Origin: Planctomycetales bacterium
Lineage (GTDB): Bacteria > 4484-113
Assembly (NCBI GenBank): GCA_037441675.1
Contig: JBBIRS010000006.1
Span: 51,644-115,643 of the forward strand
Direction of reading: 5' to 3'
Length of the DNA: 64,000 nt
In this document: positions 30,115 to 41,591 of the stretch, one piece after another
Numbering within the stretch: position 1 is the first letter of the stretch
How the letters are laid out: each line of letters begins with the position of its first letter
The notes under the pieces: generated by a model
Databases searched by the model: none
Told to the model about the DNA's origin: nothing
The model's input: only the letters and a program-made list of their open reading frames with translations
Position numbers and translations under genes: made by a program

Positions 30115-30442
30115 AACACTACTATAACAGGTTTTAGAGTTGCTATTAAAGCTATAAAAGAAATATGCTCAAGATGTTAAGCGTAGCTCTCTAAATGATA
30201 AACGTAAAGGTTTTGCGTTGGACGCGTATTGGTTGAAGTTCATTGAGAGGACTCATCGCAAATTGTCTGCAGGGCTTAGTGAGGATAGGAAAGGTTATAG
30301 TTGGACCAAGTAAGATGAAATATAAAGATAATAATTCAGAAATTATGATATAATAATAAGATTTGGAGAGCTGAAAAAGGATGAGAAAAACTCTCGTGCC
30401 CAAAAGGGCAAGACATTGATTCCCAAACCCGCTTGGTTAAGA

Positions 30443-30919
30443 ATGGGTATTGTTCAATCATTTTTACGTTTTTTAGGATTTCAAGAGCATGGCGAAGGGA
30501 TGGTGCTAGATTATAAACCTCGTTACGGAACGCCTGCAGAGCCCGAAGTGCTTGAACATCCAAAATTCACCGATTTTGCTAAGACCGATGAAAGTCTTTC
30601 CAAGTTTAATTCTCTAGCTTTCCAATCTAATCCTCAAAGAGAGATCAAAGTTTCCATTGTTAGGCCTGAACTAGGTAAATACGGGAAGATCAATTATTCC
30701 TTATATGTTTATACCGAAAACCTGAAGGAAGGCTATTTACTATTAGTTGATGTAAGCAAGCTTCTAACCCAAAGTAGGGATGAAGCGAGAAGGGTTGTAA
30801 ATTTCTTATCGGGAGTTACTGAAGCTTTAGGTGGGGCGAGGAAAGAAGTCGTGCGCGACTTATACCTCTTTGTTCCTCCTGGAGTAACACTTTACGGTTC
30901 ACACTCCAGCGACTATTAA
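30443..30919 (+). CDS. sepF: Cell division protein SepF (divergent)
   Basis: MGIVQSFLRFLG amphipathic N-terminus; ARRVVNFLSGVTEALGG..V...LYLFVP.GV signature. Confidence 0.75.
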   Translation: MGIVQSFLRFLGFQEHGEGMVLDYKPRYGTPAEPEVLEHPKFTDFAKTDESLSKFNSLAFQSNPQREIKVSIVRPELGKYGKINYSLYVYTENLKEGYLLLVDVSKLLTQSRDEARRVVNFLSGVTEALGGARKEVVRDLYLFVPPGVTLYGSHSSDY

Positions 30920-30950
30920 TGTCAGCAATTCTTTCTACACAGACTGATAG

Positions 30951-32678
30951 ATGACTAACAATACAAAGTTGCGTTTTATTCCACTTGGGGGGGTAGGGGA
31001 AATTGGCAAGAGTTGTGCGATTCTTGAGTATGGCAACTCCGCTGTGATGATTGACTGTGGTCTTGCCTTTCCGGATATTCATCTGCTTGGAGTTGATCTG
31101 GTAATACCTGACTTCACGTACGCGCTAAGGCATCGAGGCAAGCTGAAAGCAGTTTTCCTCACGCATGGACACGAAGACCATATTGGCGCGCTTCCTTACC
31201 TTCTTAATGACTTTATCCCCCCAAAAATTTATGGAAGTAAGCTAACCCTAGGACTACTAAAGAGCAAGATTGAAGAAGTAGGGATAGAGGGAGAAGTTCC
31301 TCTTATTGAAATTGGTTCCGGTGACAAAGTTCAAATTGATAAGAACTTTGAGGTGAGTGCCTTTCATATATCCCATTCGATCCCAGATGAGCTAGCCTAT
31401 GGCATTTCAACTCCAGTTGGGAAGGTATTTTTTTCTGGGGATTTCAAAGTTGACCAATCTCCCGTAGATGGCAGGCGCACAGAGATTGAGGCAATTAGAA
31501 AATTCGCAGGTGAGCAAGGCATACTTGCGCTTTTTGTAGATACCACTAACGTTGAAAGGCCGGGTTGGACTGGTAGCGAAAGCGTCGTTGGTCCTGTATT
31601 TATGGATTTCTTTAAGTCCCATTCCAACAGAATTCTAATAACAACGTTTGCCAGCAATATTCATAGAATTCAGCAAGCTTTGGATACCGCAAAGGAGACA
31701 GGAAGAAAAGTATTTCTTGCTGGTAGGGCTATGCTGACTAACGTTGCACTGGCGAGGGAGCTGGGATACTTGAAGGTTCCTGAGGATACAATCGTTGAAC
31801 CAAATGCGCTTAATAGAATCCCCCCGAAAGAACTGGTTATTCTGGCAACTGGAAGTCAGGGCGAGCCAATGGCTGCTTTAACGCAGATGAGTAGAGAACA
31901 GCATCGGTTTGTTTCTATCCACAAAGGGGATTTGGTAATCTTCTCCGCGAGCCCAATACCAGGCAATGAAACCTATATCTACACTGTCATTGACAACCTT
32001 TTCCGATTGGAGGCAGACGTAATCTATGGACATGGAACGAACGTTCACGTTTCGGGTCACGGTTCTCAGGAAGAGATAATGGAGCTTCTTAAAGCCACCC
32101 GCGCGCGGTTTTTGGTTCCAATCCATTCGCAGTACAGGCATCAGATGATTTTCAAGAAGCTGGCACGAAAGTGGGGGCATCCAGATGAAGATATTATCAC
32201 TATGTCAATTGGGGATGTGCTTGAATTTAATCAGGAAGGTTGGGAGATAAGGGAACACATAAAGGCAGGTGCTACCTACATTGATGGACTATCAGTGGGA
32301 ACAATATCAACACGAATTTTAAGTGAGAGAACTGCCCTGGCGGAGGATGGCGTGGTTTCATTCACTCTTGTCCTTGATAGTACTGGAGACACCATCTTGC
32401 GGGGTCCTTTCATTTCCGCGCGAGGTTTCCCAGCTGAACAGGACAATCCGGAACTTTTCAGAGAAATGAAAGAGCTTTTAACGGAGAGCCTGTTCCATAA
32501 CAGACTAAGGAGTGATGCCTATCAGACCCAGCTTAGGAATAACTTGGCTAACACGCTTCAACATTTCATCTTTGAGAAGTTAGGTTTTCACCCAGTGATT
32601 CTTGGCACGGTAATTCATCTTGATCCTAATCGAGAGGCGGATAGGGTAAGGGAAAGCTGGGGGATTCAAAAAAAGTGA
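30951..32678 (+). CDS. rnj: Ribonuclease J
   Basis: PLGGVGEIGK, THGHEDHIGA, GDFK, FASNIHRIQQ, TGSQGEP, HVSGH. Confidence 0.97.
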   Translation: MTNNTKLRFIPLGGVGEIGKSCAILEYGNSAVMIDCGLAFPDIHLLGVDLVIPDFTYALRHRGKLKAVFLTHGHEDHIGALPYLLNDFIPPKIYGSKLTLGLLKSKIEEVGIEGEVPLIEIGSGDKVQIDKNFEVSAFHISHSIPDELAYGISTPVGKVFFSGDFKVDQSPVDGRRTEIEAIRKFAGEQGILALFVDTTNVERPGWTGSESVVGPVFMDFFKSHSNRILITTFASNIHRIQQALDTAKETGRKVFLAGRAMLTNVALARELGYLKVPEDTIVEPNALNRIPPKELVILATGSQGEPMAALTQMSREQHRFVSIHKGDLVIFSASPIPGNETYIYTVIDNLFRLEADVIYGHGTNVHVSGHGSQEEIMELLKATRARFLVPIHSQYRHQMIFKKLARKWGHPDEDIITMSIGDVLEFNQEGWEIREHIKAGATYIDGLSVGTISTRILSERTALAEDGVVSFTLVLDSTGDTILRGPFISARGFPAEQDNPELFREMKELLTESLFHNRLRSDAYQTQLRNNLANTLQHFIFEKLGFHPVILGTVIHLDPNREADRVRESWGIQKK

Positions 32679-32752
32679 ATCCGATTATCTATTTGCCAAT
32701 TTTTTCATACGAAGCTCTAATTTTAATCAGCAATGCCAATCAATCTATCCAA

Positions 32753-33565
32753 ATGAATCCTTACGCCAACTTTTTTCTTCTTGGAGTTATTCAGGGATTA
32801 ACTGAATTTTTGCCTATTAGTTCCTCAGGTCATTTGGTTCTTTTGGAGAACATTTTGGGCTTTAACCCGCAGGGAGTGGTAATTGAAGTCGCCTTGCACT
32901 TGGCAACTCTTTTCGCGGTAGTTATTTTCTACTTTAGAGACATCAAATCATTGTTGCTTTTGCGTAAAGGCAAAACAATAAACAAGCCTAAAGCTTATCT
33001 CACGCGGTTACTCTTCGTGACCCTCATCACCTCTATCGTTGTTTATCCTTTTAGAAATGCTCTCGCCTCAATGACGGAGGATTCTCTAGCCCTTTTCAGG
33101 ATTGGCGTTGCTTTTCTTGTGACTGCCTTGATGCTTGTTACAACTGATACGCTTTTGAGGAGAAACGGACTTCGTTTTGAAGAAGTAACCTATCTTGGTT
33201 ATATGGCTCTAGCTCTTATAGGCGTCGTTCAGGCGGTGGCAGCGATACCCGGTATCTCCCGCTCAGGTTCCACAATATTCGCAGGAATACTGTGCGGGCT
33301 AAGTCGCGAAGAGGCCGCGAGATTCTCTTTTTTTATGTTCATTCCTATAGCCTTGATTGCTTCCATTTACGAGTTGATTAACGAGGCAACTGGGCTCACC
33401 TTTCCTTCTGAGCTCTGGCTACCACTTGGCGTTGGTTTTCTAGCTTCTTTGTTAACGGGAATCTTTGCCATAGGATTGTTATTGCGCTTGATTAAGAGCG
33501 CTCGCTTATCATACTTTTCCCTTTACTTAATAGTTGCCAGTATCGTTGCATTTATCTTTGCTTAG
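32753..33565 (+). CDS. uppP: Undecaprenyl-diphosphate phosphatase
   Basis: GVIQGLTEFLPISSSGHL, PGISRSGSTI, AARFSF; ATG at 32753 preferred. Confidence 0.95.
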   Translation: MNPYANFFLLGVIQGLTEFLPISSSGHLVLLENILGFNPQGVVIEVALHLATLFAVVIFYFRDIKSLLLLRKGKTINKPKAYLTRLLFVTLITSIVVYPFRNALASMTEDSLALFRIGVAFLVTALMLVTTDTLLRRNGLRFEEVTYLGYMALALIGVVQAVAAIPGISRSGSTIFAGILCGLSREEAARFSFFMFIPIALIASIYELINEATGLTFPSELWLPLGVGFLASLLTGIFAIGLLLRLIKSARLSYFSLYLIVASIVAFIFA

Positions 33566-33666
33566 AGGCTTAAGCTGATTAAGCGGCAAACCCCTCCCTC
33601 TAATCCTTGTCTTACTTACGAGGAAAAGAAAGTAAAGCGAGCCCTGCGGAAAGATTAAGTCGAAGG

Positions 33667-34677
33667 CTAATAAGTCCTTTTACCAAAAATCTCTTCAATT
33701 TGAACCTTAATAAAGATAGGGAAGTGGTAGCCTTTTCTATCTTCAAAGCTTCTCATTTCTTCTCTGGGCCGAACGTTGCCTGCTCCAAAAAGAGGCACAT
33801 AAAGGGTAAAGCCCTGATAATCTTTTCTTGGCTGGTAAACGATAGTATAGGCGTTATAGGGTTCGTGCCAATCTCTACCCTTTCTCCAGTCATTGGAGCA
33901 ATCCACGCGGTCTCGTTGATCTCGGCACCGAACCATTTAAGAAGCTCTTCAATACTAACAGGAACGCGCTTATTGAGAGCCCTGTACTTGAGGGCTAGCC
34001 ACACTAGCGTTTCTTTTTTAGGTCATCGCTCCAAAGAATCTGTTCCAGCTCCGTACGGTCAGCTGCCCATACTGATAACAAATCGTAGTAATCTTTGGAG
34101 AAACGACCTGTCACAAAGTCCTCTTTCGTTAGCCCTTTGGAATACATCTCCGGAAACTCAAGGGAGTCTTTGTACATCGCTTCTAGATATTTCTTCCGAT
34201 TTTCTTCGTAAGCCGTAGAACCCGGCCTGTAATGCACTATCCTTGTTATGTGCTCTGGTTTATCCTTACCTGAAACCTTGAAAATCGCAGTTAATCTATC
34301 TCCTTCAATGATCCTGCTATCGGGTAAGTATGTTGTTTGTTTGTTGTTTGTTTAAAGAATAAGAAGCCAGCGTCTATCAGAGCTTGGTAAGAGTCTGGTA
34401 GCTCATCTTTTACTCTAATGTACCTTTCCATAGCTCTCTTAAACATCAGTAACCATTCAAAGGAAAATAATTCCGTTTCGGAGTACTCGGTAGAAATTGT
34501 AGTTCCCAATTCAAAATTCTTTGAAGCCTCCACTTCTTTGGGATGAGAGGAAAAATGAGAGACAAGGAAGATAAGGGTAAAAATGCCCATTAGGAAAAAC
34601 AAGTTGAATAAAGTATTGCGAGAGTGTACGCGCTGAAAAATTTTCCAGTTATATACTTTACCGCCACTTTTATTCAT
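33667..34677 (-). pseudogene. Fragmented gene for a membrane-anchored or exported hypothetical protein
   Basis: SD GAGGTG; N-terminal TM helix; consecutive short ORFs 34291-34677, 34004-34237, 33753-34004 and 33667-33936 that appear to join by frameshifts. Confidence 0.5.
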
Positions 34678-34735
34678 CTTGGGTCACCTCTCAATCGTCT
34701 TTATTCACAATTTTGACTTTCGATTTCTTTCGACA

Positions 34736-35065
34736 TCACAAACAAGGACACTTTACGCGAAGTGCGCAGTACTCCACACCGCATAGAAAACCGAGCATAA
34801 TTTCTTCTAAGACTGTGCAGGGTAACTCGTGGCCCTCAGCAATCTCCCAAGTAAAGCTGTCCCTGCACTCGACCGGAGTTTTTGCGATGATAATTGGTTC
34901 TCCATAATACTTACACTGAGTACCACCCGATATCACACACGTAGTGCTGTCTGATTCGCATTCCCAGTCATAAATTTGAATAGGACAATTTGAGTCTACA
35001 AGAATGACGCAATTCGTTCCTGCTATTTGGAGGGGAAACATGTCCATCTTCATACTATCTGTCAT
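34736..35065 (-). CDS. Small Cys-rich protein, possibly having lost its signal peptide by frameshift
   Basis: 11 Cys in 109 aa; a hydrophobic GILLLMAVCCL stretch lies upstream in another frame. Confidence 0.4.
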   Translation of the reverse strand: MTDSMKMDMFPLQIAGTNCVILVDSNCPIQIYDWECESDSTTCVISGGTQCKYYGEPIIIAKTPVECRDSFTWEIAEGHELPCTVLEEIMLGFLCGVEYCALRVKCPCL

Positions 35066-35313
35066 AGCCCTGCTTCAGACAACAAACTGCCATCAACAGT
35101 AATATACCTTAAGTACTTTTTTCCCAAGGAACAAATGTTTACTTTTGAGGTGGCTGTCGTTTACCATTCACTTTCCCGATAATTAGCTCTACTTCTCTCT
35201 TGGGCTTTCTTTACTTTACGTAAATTCCATCTAAAATCTAATTGTTACTAAGGTTCTCAGGGGTATTTTCGTGCAAACTGATGTTACTAATTAAAGGTAT
35301 TAAGGAGTAAAAA

Positions 35314-36294
35314 ATGCGAGCGGTAGTATACTATGAATTTGGAAGTCCTGAAGTACTAAAATTGGTAGAAATTGACAAGCCAGAACCATCTGAAGGTGAA
35401 GTTCTCATTCGTCACGAGATGATTGGCGTTAACTTCGCGGATACCCTTCAGCGGAGGGGGATGTATGCCCGAGGCGGAATGGTGGATTTTCCAGCCATTC
35501 CCGGCTTGGAGGCGGTTGGTGTGATTGAAGCAGTCGGCGATGGAGTTGATGCGTCCCGTCTTGGCGAGCATGTTGTAGCTTTCTTTCCTAAACCTTGCGC
35601 TTATGCGGAGTACTCCGTATTGCCTGAAAAACTTGCAATCCCAATTCCTAGCGATATTCCTTGGGATATAGCCTGCGCATTTCCAATTCAAGGTATGACC
35701 GCGTATTTTATGCTTCATCGTGTCCATCCAACGAGAAGGGGTGAAACGGTTTTGATACACGCCTGCGCTGGTGGGGTAGGGCTACTAGCGATTCAAATGG
35801 CGAAGAACCTGGGCGCTTTTGCCATAGGAACTTGTTCCAGTGCGAAAAAGGCTGAACTGGCGAGGAGTATGGGCGCGGATTATGTTATTGATTACACAGT
35901 GGAGAACTTTACCGAGAGGGTATTGGAATTCACAAATGGTCGCGGGGTAGATTTAATTCTAGATTCTGTTGGCAAGGATACCTTTGAGAAGGGGCTCAGC
36001 ATTCTTGCCCCGTTTGGCAGATTGATTCTCTACGGTTCTTCTAGCGGAACAGTTGATTCAACTAACCCTCAGCTTTTGATGCGTGGAAGCAGAGGCGTGC
36101 ATGGCTTTTGGCTTGTGACCGCGCGGGAAAATCCTGAGCTTGCTAGAGAAGGAGCAAATGCGGTTCTAGGTATGTGGAAAAACGGCAAGCTCAAGTTCAC
36201 AATTGAGGGTATTTATCCCATGGAGGAAGTGAGAGAAGTTCATCGGCGACTAGAAAATCGACAGACTTTTGGCAAGCTTTTATTGAAGCCATAA
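35314..36294 (+). CDS. qor: NADPH:quinone oxidoreductase (zeta-crystallin/MDR family)
   Basis: GVNFAD..RRG.Y, PGLEAVG, HACAGGVG, GRGVDLILDSVG, GKLLL. Confidence 0.9.
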   Translation: MRAVVYYEFGSPEVLKLVEIDKPEPSEGEVLIRHEMIGVNFADTLQRRGMYARGGMVDFPAIPGLEAVGVIEAVGDGVDASRLGEHVVAFFPKPCAYAEYSVLPEKLAIPIPSDIPWDIACAFPIQGMTAYFMLHRVHPTRRGETVLIHACAGGVGLLAIQMAKNLGAFAIGTCSSAKKAELARSMGADYVIDYTVENFTERVLEFTNGRGVDLILDSVGKDTFEKGLSILAPFGRLILYGSSSGTVDSTNPQLLMRGSRGVHGFWLVTARENPELAREGANAVLGMWKNGKLKFTIEGIYPMEEVREVHRRLENRQTFGKLLLKP

Positions 36295-36451
36295 CTTGGG
36301 CATCAACTACCGCTCTCCATTAAATTTGGCAACAAAGCGCCCAATGGCTTATTCAAGGATAGCGTTCCACCCTTGCGAGGCTATATCCACTAGAATTATC
36401 TTTTGCTCGGCAACAGTGAACCTTCTGTTTATTCTGTTCGTTAGGGCAGGG

Positions 36452-36691
36452 TTATTCAACTGCAATGAGAGTTTCGGTGAGGAAGTTACCTTCCTTTCTG
36501 ATAAATTCAGCAAACTTTGCAAATGAGTTCAATTTATCCGCACTGCAGGTAATCACGCCATCAAATCTCCCGAAGCAGTAAAGTACACTGTTAACCTCCA
36601 CATCTTCAGCTTTTTTAGCAAGCTCTTGAAGTGCCTCTGAGCTAATTACTTCATAACCCGGGCGAGCCTTTATTAGAATTACCGCTTTCAT
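36452..36691 (-). CDS. Small Lrp/AsnC ligand-binding (RAM)-like protein
   Basis: MKAVILIKA.PG..CFGRFDG..TETLI pattern; strong SD AGGAGG. Confidence 0.65.
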   Translation of the reverse strand: MKAVILIKARPGYEVISSEALQELAKKAEDVEVNSVLYCFGRFDGVITCSADKLNSFAKFAEFIRKEGNFLTETLIAVE

Positions 36692-36864
36692 TTAACCTTT
36701 CCTCCTTAACTATTTTTAATCGTAATCTCCGTTTTCGAGGAGTTCAATTCTCCTAACTTATAAATATGATAACAGGTCATATCCCACCTGACAAGAACTT
36801 TACCTGTGTGTATGGTCCTAAGTACCTATTGCTTATTTAGGAAAATAAATTAGAAAATTTCTTT

Positions 36865-39727
36865 CTAACGATTTGCTTTAGTCAATTCTTTAACCTTGCT
36901 AACAAGCTCTATCGGTAGAAATGGTTTTTGAAGTAGCTCAACATTTTCCAGCAAAGCTTCATCTTTTAGTTCTTCTTTGGTGTAGCCGCTCATTAGAAGA
37001 ATCGGAGTAGTTGGGCTAATCATCCTTATTTCACGTGCGCAATCAATCCCACCCATTTTGGGCATTACTACATCTAAAACAACAGCTGAAACAGTATGAA
37101 TCTTTTTACCAAAATCATTTAGTAAGGCTTCACCGTTGTCATAGCATATGACATTGTATCCGTAACCCTGAAGAATTCTTTCTATTAGCTCACGAATAAT
37201 CGCCTCGTCTTCAGCTACTAGAATGGTTCCGGATCCAACAAGCATCTCCTTGGATTCTTCAAGAATTTCCTTCTTTTCTTCTCCAGCTTCAATCGGTAGG
37301 TATAGGCGAACTGTAGTCCCTTTTCCAAGCTCACTTTGACAGCTGGTCAGACCGTTGTGTTGTCGCACAATTCCAGCCACCATTGCCAGTCCTAGTCCGG
37401 TTCCTTCTCTAGGGGCTTTCGTGGTGAAGAAAGGTTCAAACACATGCCGTAATGTTTCTTCGTCCATTCCTATACCAGTGTCTTTTACGCTTATTACACA
37501 GTACTCTCCTTTCAGGTTTTGAAGTTAAGGGTTTCTAATCCAAAAGTGATCGGAAAGTGATAGGTCTCTTGTTTCTATTACTCCTAGCTCAAATGTTAGA
37601 GTTCCTCCAGATGGCATAGCATCTCTAGCGTTTACCGCTAGGTTCAAAAGCGCCTGCTCTAGAAGCCCTGCGTCTAAATTAGTGACAACCTTCTCCTCTG
37701 GCAATACAACTTTAATCTCAATATTCTCGCGAATCAGTCTCCTTGTAAGGCTGGCAAATTCCGACAAGAATTGATTTAGGTTGGTAGGTTTCTTAGTTAT
37801 TTCTCTACTTCCTGTAAATGTCAAAATTCTACTTGTCAGAGTTCTACCTCGTTCAATAGTCGTGAGTATTCTTGTTATCTCGTCGCTAACAATGTTGTTC
37901 TCACTAAGTTTTCTCTTTAAGAGATCCGTATATCCTAAAATAGCAGTTAGCAGATTGTTGAAATCATGAGCCATTCCCCCTGCGAGTGTTCCCAGGGCTT
38001 AAATTCTTTGAGCCTTCGCCAATTGTTCAGTTAGTAGTTTCATCTTGCTCACATCTCGGATTATTAGTAACGCGGCGGGCTTTCCTTCATATGTAATCTT
38101 TACACTCGTGACGATAGTGTAAATGTTGGTGCCGTCTCGACTTATAAATCTGCCTTCTAAGCTGGGTGGAATACTTTCCTCATCCGCTACATTTGTTTCT
38201 AAAAGTTTAGTAATAAATTCTTCCGCAACCGCTCTATCTTCAGGATGGATGACTTTCAGCGCTGACATTCCTTCAAGTCTTTCTGGAAAGTTTATTCCAA
38301 ACATTCTTGCCAGTTCATTATTAGCCGTAGCAATTTGACCTTCACAAACAAGCGCAATACCACTGGGAGCTTTATTGAATAGAGTCCTATACCTTTCTTC
38401 TGATTCAGCTAGCTTTTCTGTTCTCTCAGCCACTAGCTTATCCAGTTGTTCCAGATGTTTCCTTAGATTCTCCTCCGCCTCAAGTCTTAAGTCCATCGTT
38501 GATTGAACTGCTCCGCAAGTATTCCTATCTCATCTTTTGAGGATACTTTGGCTCTAGCGCTTAACTCTCCTAGGCTGATTCTCACTGCTGCGTTTGCAAT
38601 TTGTGCTATGGAACGTGTTGTAAATGAGCCAACAACATAAGCGAATGCAAGCCCAAGAGTCATAATCATAACAGTGATAACCGCTAGCCTAAGCGCAATT
38701 GTTCGCGACGGCTTGCTTGTTTCATCGGATGGTATCTGGATCATCACGTACCAAGTAGATGCTTTAACGTCATCTCTGGATGATGTAACCAATGCGGGAG
38801 CAACGAATATGTGCTTATCCTTTAACCTCAGAGTGCCGACGATTTTGTCATGTTCGAGTGCCTCAGCGATTAGGATTTTCGGACTATGACCCGCGGCAAA
38901 TATGGGACTGTTATACTCCACTGGAAGTATCGCATTAAACCATATTGAATTTTCTTTCATCTGAGCAAAAAGGTAGTGTTTGAAATCTTCTGTGATGATT
39001 ATCTCTGCTTTCTCAGAGCCAATTTCATATATAATAGGTTTAATTAGTTCCTCTAGCAGTTTTCCCAAATCAATGTAGATTATTACGAAACCTATCGGCT
39101 TCCTACTTTTTCATCCACAACTTTTGTAGCGGAACCTATGGTGAGGGTTCTTTGGCTGACTTCGCCATTTTCACCCGAGGGAATTTCCATTGGCGAAAGA
39201 TAAACTCTCTTAAATGGTAAGTTCATAAACTCGTTAAAGAATGGCTCATTAGAAATATTTTCAAGCTCGCTATCATTGGTAAATCTAGTAACTTTCCCAT
39301 CAAAGTCCGCTCTAATGATCTCGTTTCCGTTTAGGTCTATATACCTGATGCGCTTGATAATAAGGTGGACTTCCAGCATCAATTTGATAAGCTGTTTGCA
39401 TTTAACCTTTAATCTGTTTAAGGTTTCATCTGAGCCGTAAACTTTTGAAGTTCCTAAATTTCGTTCTAGTATTTGGATAACACATTCAGAATTCGCGAGG
39501 AGAAGGGTATGCTTGGAGGTTTCTTTTAGAATTTCTTTTACGTTGGCTGAAAGCTCACGTACCCTTCCGCTATACTCCTGATCTATGAGGCGTATGGTTG
39601 TTCTGGAGGTTGATATTATGTCGACTGAGCCAAACGATATACCAGCTATAAGGGTAAGTATCAACAATAATAACGCAAATTTGCCCCTGATCGATAGTAG
39701 GTATTTAATTTTGGTCAATCTACTCAT
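36865..39727 (-). pseudogene. Hybrid sensor kinase (TM-Cache-TM-HAMP-PAS-HisKA-HATPase-REC) with four lesions
   Basis: Frameshifts at about 39105 and 38500; in-frame TAA at 37999 (QRI*ALGTLAGGMAHDFNN) and at 37525 (RNP*LQNLKGEYCVISVKDTGIGM). Confidence 0.88.
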
Positions 39728-40079
39728 AACTTTATTTGCTAAAGTGCTCTAGTTTTCTGAGATGAAATATATGAATAGAAATGAGGTAATCCTTTGACTG
39801 TTTTGGCAGTTTATTCCACTGAATGTAGGGCTTTTGAAGCAAAGGTTTTATTCCTAACCTCACATTCCTGTGGCTCGTTGCTTTCCCTGGAAGAATTTTA
39901 GCCTTCCTGGTATTAAAATAAAATTTCATTATTATAATATACAGCTTGTTAACAACGGATGTGTAGATTCTTCCTAAAGCCGAGAAACTGAGGCGAAGTA
40001 TCCAGTAAAGATTAAAAAGTAATTTTGGCTACCAAAGCACTTATCCTCTGAGTGATTGCCTCTTTGATAAACTTCTAAT

Positions 40080-41423
40080 GTGAGAAGTCGTATTTACTTC
40101 TTAGGATTTTTGTTTCTCTCCGCAATATTTTTAATAGTTATTTTGGTTAGTGTAAAGCTAAGTGATTTCCAGTCTCAACTCTTTGTGGGAAAGACTAAAA
40201 ACAAACTAACCAAAATTGGCTTCACAAAAGATGGAGTAGAGATGCTAGGCGAGCTTCTCGCTAATACAGGTTATGAGGTGAAGCCTATAAGACTTGCGAG
40301 AAGGAATGAGATAAGGTATCACCTGAATGACAACACAATTGGGGTTGATGAACGATTAACGCTACTCTTCTGGGCGCTACTTCGGAAAATTGATATTTCC
40401 TATGAAACAGTGTTGGATATTGTAACAAATCAAGCAGAAGATCCTCTACATAGTGATGACTGGGACTTTGTTCGCGCTAGGATAAGCGTCTTTTACTCTC
40501 ATCCGCGTTCCGGTGGTTTTGAGCTTAAGACATTTCTTCCACTGGCAAAGAATTTCACCTTATCCTCACTAGGATTAACCGAGGCGGACTTGGCAAAGGA
40601 TAGTGAAACTATTTCTGGACTACTCAAGGACAAAAACTTGCTATATGTGTTATATGCGATTGGTGTTCTTTACTTAAACGATAGGTATCTTGAAAAAAAT
40701 ATTGCAAAAACTGAAATTAGTATGGGTCAAAAGGGTATTAGCTCTGATGATGGAATTAGTGGTACTTGGTGTGGAAGTTACGATAAGCTTTTGCCCTGCT
40801 TGAGTGAAATTAAAGATGTGAGACTTCGCCTTCCTCCACCTTTTTTATCTCCATTTGACAGTTTTGAAAATCTTCCTCGCGAACTAAAGCAAACAGGAGA
40901 ATCTGATTATCCATGGGAAAAGATAGATGCATACTCATTCCTTATTGCTTCCGAATGGAAAGACGATGCGCTTAGACGGTTTGTCCAGGGAGATGCCTCA
41001 GAGTTGATAGATTTAATAAATCTTCAAGTTGCATTTTTAAGACTAGAGCCCCCAACGAGCTTTAGCTTTTTACCAGCTCTAGAAGGTTTAGATGTATTGT
41101 TCAATGGGATATATGAAATTCTTGACATTGATTCTAACACTTCGGAAAGTGATAATTCCAAATCTGCGTTTGGCTTAAAAAAGCAGGATATAACTCTTCA
41201 GATAAGTAATGAACGCAAAAGATCAATAAAAGAAGTACTACAGAGTTTCAAGGAACTCAAGGATGAGCTAAGGCAGACTGCGGATATTTCCTTACAAGGT
41301 AGACTAATGAAGAGGGAGCTAATAAGCAAAGACCCAAGGACACTATTTGAGAAGCTTTACATCCAAGCTCGCTCTTATTTTATTCAACTCGCCATGGATA
41401 TGATTGGACTACTTAAAGGTTAA
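40080..41423 (+). CDS. Hypothetical protein with an N-terminal membrane anchor
   Basis: 447-aa intact ORF with one N-terminal hydrophobic helix; no recognised motif. Confidence 0.7.
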   Translation: MRSRIYFLGFLFLSAIFLIVILVSVKLSDFQSQLFVGKTKNKLTKIGFTKDGVEMLGELLANTGYEVKPIRLARRNEIRYHLNDNTIGVDERLTLLFWALLRKIDISYETVLDIVTNQAEDPLHSDDWDFVRARISVFYSHPRSGGFELKTFLPLAKNFTLSSLGLTEADLAKDSETISGLLKDKNLLYVLYAIGVLYLNDRYLEKNIAKTEISMGQKGISSDDGISGTWCGSYDKLLPCLSEIKDVRLRLPPPFLSPFDSFENLPRELKQTGESDYPWEKIDAYSFLIASEWKDDALRRFVQGDASELIDLINLQVAFLRLEPPTSFSFLPALEGLDVLFNGIYEILDIDSNTSESDNSKSAFGLKKQDITLQISNERKRSIKEVLQSFKELKDELRQTADISLQGRLMKRELISKDPRTLFEKLYIQARSYFIQLAMDMIGLLKG

Positions 41424-41591
41424 AGAAATAGCACTTTTATAGGCGTTTTCTAATACGGCGGCACTTAAAAGGCGTTTATTCAATTACTAGAATAATGTAT
41501 TTGCGATAAAAATGCCGATAGGAATAGCTGAACCCTTAAGCAAACTCCGTGAACACTTGCAAAGAGGGTTCTTCAATAGTACCTGCAACAA

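Noticed and set aside
33607-34218. 203-aa + strand ORF after uppP
   Set aside because: Composition looks like antisense shadow of the fragmented minus-strand gene; no SD or motif.
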